Part shown: piece after piece, positions 62,236 through 64,000 of the stretch
How positions within the stretch are numbered: position 1 is the stretch's first letter
Layout of the letters: the number at the start of each line of letters is the position of its first letter
IMG/VR virus record: IMGVR_UViG_2548876808_000001
Coordinates: 174 to 64,173 of that record
DNA: 64,000 bases
Strand: one strand, 5' to 3'
Source of the DNA: a virus
Lineage: Duplodnaviria; Caudoviricetes
Program-made: the position numbers and the translations under genes
The notes under the pieces: model-generated
What the model saw: the letters and a program-made list of their open reading frames with translations, nothing else
Databases searched by the model: none
Told to the model about the DNA's origin: nothing

Positions 62236-62395
62236 AGCGCTTAAAATGGGATTGTCTTTTGTAAAAATGTATCAAAAGTCACCAAGTTTCGATCTGGCAT
62301 CAAAGCAGCTTGAAAACGAAAACAGATATAAGGCCAACGTAATTAATCGACTTGATGGCGTGATAGCAGTATCTCAAGCTCGAGCACGTCGTTAA
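62171..62395 (+). CDS. small tail-assembly-associated protein overlapping the upstream gene in the +1 frame
   Basis: MSLPEALKMGLS motif; frame open from 62120. Confidence 0.5.
   Translation: MQNALLRDAMVMMEHGKMSLPEALKMGLSFVKMYQKSPSFDLASKQLENENRYKANVINRLDGVIAVSQARARR
62209..62247 (+). promoter_or_regulatory. late promoter motif 9 (lysis cassette), embedded in coding sequence
   Basis: GGAACA-N27-TAAAAT, same GGAACACG/N27 variant as 33769. Confidence 0.55.
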
Positions 62396-62409
62396 AGGAG
62401 AAGGAACGC

Positions 62410-62955
62410 ATGAACCACAGAATTGAAGCGGTCAGAGTGGCTTCTACTAGCATTATTGGCGGTGGCGCTAACTATATTGCAGTGGCTAGCGCAGCAAGTG
62501 GTTTGGCACAGCAGCTGAATCAAACGCATTCATTTTTATATTTAGATCTACCGATTTGGCTATTTTTTGCAGCTGCAATGACTTTAGCGATGATCGGTTC
62601 GCTTGTATCGCTATTCATTGACTTGATGGCCACGCCGCCGCTCTCGCCAGCGCGCTTAGCCGTTAACTTAATATTAGGTTTCTTGTGCGGGGTTGTGGGT
62701 GCGTTTGTCGTACTTCCATCATTTACGGCAAACCCGCCGATGCCACTGCTACTACTAACCGCACTGTGTATGTCATTTTTGGGTACGGTTATTGTCCGAA
62801 ACATTGGAGAGCTCTTACGTAGCGCTGAATTGTGGCAGTCAATCAAAACCTTGCTCAAGGAACTCATTATAGAGTTGTTGGAGTTTTTTAAAGACGTGGT
62901 TCTTGAGCGCTTGAAACTACTTGCAGCCGTGTTCTTCGGAGGACGTAACAAGTGA
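62410..62955 (+). CDS. putative holin (multi-pass membrane protein)
   Basis: About 4 hydrophobic helices; first gene of the cassette before the lysozyme. Confidence 0.6.
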   Translation: MNHRIEAVRVASTSIIGGGANYIAVASAASGLAQQLNQTHSFLYLDLPIWLFFAAAMTLAMIGSLVSLFIDLMATPPLSPARLAVNLILGFLCGVVGAFVVLPSFTANPPMPLLLLTALCMSFLGTVIVRNIGELLRSAELWQSIKTLLKELIIELLEFFKDVVLERLKLLAAVFFGGRNK

Positions 62956-63347
62956 ATATTTATCATTGGCTAGATTGGCGCTGGATAAATTTAGTCGCGC
63001 CCTTTTTGGGATTGGTTTCATGCGCCTTTTTACTACTTAGCAGTAAAACATGCACCAGGCGTATGGCTGTATCAACCGCCATCTCTTTATCAATCATGTT
63101 TTGGCTGATGCTGACGTGGGCAGACTGGGGTAGTGCTGTTTTCGTCGCGTCATATCAAACTATGTGGGCAAGGGTGCTTCTACTGATTATATCTATATTA
63201 GTCGCCCATGAGCTCAAACATTACACCCGATTAATCCGCTCAATAAGCAGTCGCAATGCACGATTAGAGTTAGAAAAAAAGCAATTGCGGACCGTTATTT
63301 ATAAATTGGAATCTCAGTTAACAACCAAGAAGGATGAAATACAATGA
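62952..63347 (+). CDS. membrane protein with C-terminal coiled coil (holin/antiholin/spanin-type accessory)
   Basis: 3 hydrophobic segments, then RNARLELEKKQLRTVIYKLESQL. Confidence 0.55.
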   Translation: MNIYHWLDWRWINLVAPFLGLVSCAFLLLSSKTCTRRMAVSTAISLSIMFWLMLTWADWGSAVFVASYQTMWARVLLLIISILVAHELKHYTRLIRSISSRNARLELEKKQLRTVIYKLESQLTTKKDEIQ

Positions 63348-64000
63348 ATGAAATGAACGAAACACAGTTTTTTGATTGGATGCGTAGCCATCAAGAAAAC
63401 AAAAAACTCAGTCAGGATATGGTGGATGGCGCACACCAAATGCTTGCGCTCATGTCTACCAACGAGCTAAAAGTTGCGTTGGGCAAAGTGAATGGCTGGG
63501 AAACTCAAGCCACATCGGCTCTTGCTATGAATTTTTCTACAAAAGGCAATGAAGCTTTGAAAGAGTACGAGGAATTTGTAGGTACTCCTTATCTCGATAG
63601 TGCCAAAGTATGGACAATTGGCTACGGTAGCACGTACTACGAGAACCGTCGTTCAGTAAGTCCGACTGATAAACCTATCACTGAAGCACGAGCTGCTGAG
63701 CTTAAAAATAATCTGATTAATATGGATTTTGCGCCAGCTGTAAACCTAATGTTTGCTGAGCAGATTGCGGCTGGCAAGATGACTCAGAATATGTTTGATG
63801 CGCTTATTTTACTGTCCTATAACATTGGTGTGCGCGGCCTTGCGGGCTCAAGTGTTGCAAGACATTTGAAAGCAGGTAACAAGTTGGCAGCGGCTAATGC
63901 TTTTAGACCTTGGAATAAAATTAAGAAAAACGGCAGATTAGTGTTTTCTCAAGGTTTGGCCAATCGCCGGGAAAAAGAGCGAACCATGTTTTTGGCTTGA
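63344..64000 (+). CDS. endolysin, GH24 (T4/lambda-type) lysozyme
   Basis: LKEYEEFVGTPYLDSAKVWTIGYGST (E-x8-D-x5-T), FDALILLSYNIG, GLANRREKERTMFL; complete, TGA ends at 64000. Confidence 0.93.
   Translation: MNEMNETQFFDWMRSHQENKKLSQDMVDGAHQMLALMSTNELKVALGKVNGWETQATSALAMNFSTKGNEALKEYEEFVGTPYLDSAKVWTIGYGSTYYENRRSVSPTDKPITEARAAELKNNLINMDFAPAVNLMFAEQIAAGKMTQNMFDALILLSYNIGVRGLAGSSVARHLKAGNKLAAANAFRPWNKIKKNGRLVFSQGLANRREKERTMFLA

Larger units (their letters stand above)
4224..64000. mobile_element. large temperate prophage with lambdoid control module and P1-like myovirus structural module; continues right of the window
   Basis: att, xis-like gene, cI/cro switch, replication, terminase, portal, capsid, contractile tail and lysis genes in continuous order. 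Confidence 0.95.

Overview
Two adjacent mobile elements, probably from a Moraxellaceae (Psychrobacter-like) host; the host is inferred from protein families and AT-rich codon style and was not tested. (1) 1-4200 is the integrase end of a P4/PICI-like satellite island on the minus strand (int, hypothetical, alpA, HTH, hypothetical, Ash/Icd-like ORF running off the left edge). (2) From a duplicated tRNA 3' end (att, 4201-4223) to the right edge lies a large temperate prophage. It has a lambdoid control region (xis-like gene, Exo/ERF, PL/OL, cI, OR/PR, cro, CII-like, Rha/KilAC antirepressor, YdaU-type replication protein with iterons) and a P1-like myovirus virion module (PacA-like, intein-containing PacB, Pro, gp23-like capsid, Prt portal, sheath, BplA/BplB, Sit-like tape measure, Hdf/DarA), followed by a lysis cassette. 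Accessory cassettes: HipA-like kinase + DUF3037-like pair and two lipoproteins behind cI, Cas2/VapD-like gene, Mrr-like nuclease, NERD/SEC-C nuclease, hicAB, RES protein, and an Arc/AntA immI-like switch. The strongest unannotated signals read directly from the sequence are: nine late-promoter-like sites GGAACA-N27/28-(-10 hexamer) in front of the late operons; a recurrent F-D-[S/A/G] motif in head-associated proteins (candidate maturation site); a perfect 124-bp repeat shared by two divergent tandem paralogues beside the sheath gene; and an ADP-ribosyltransferase-like ORF in the early operon. All protein family calls are by motif recognition, not database search.
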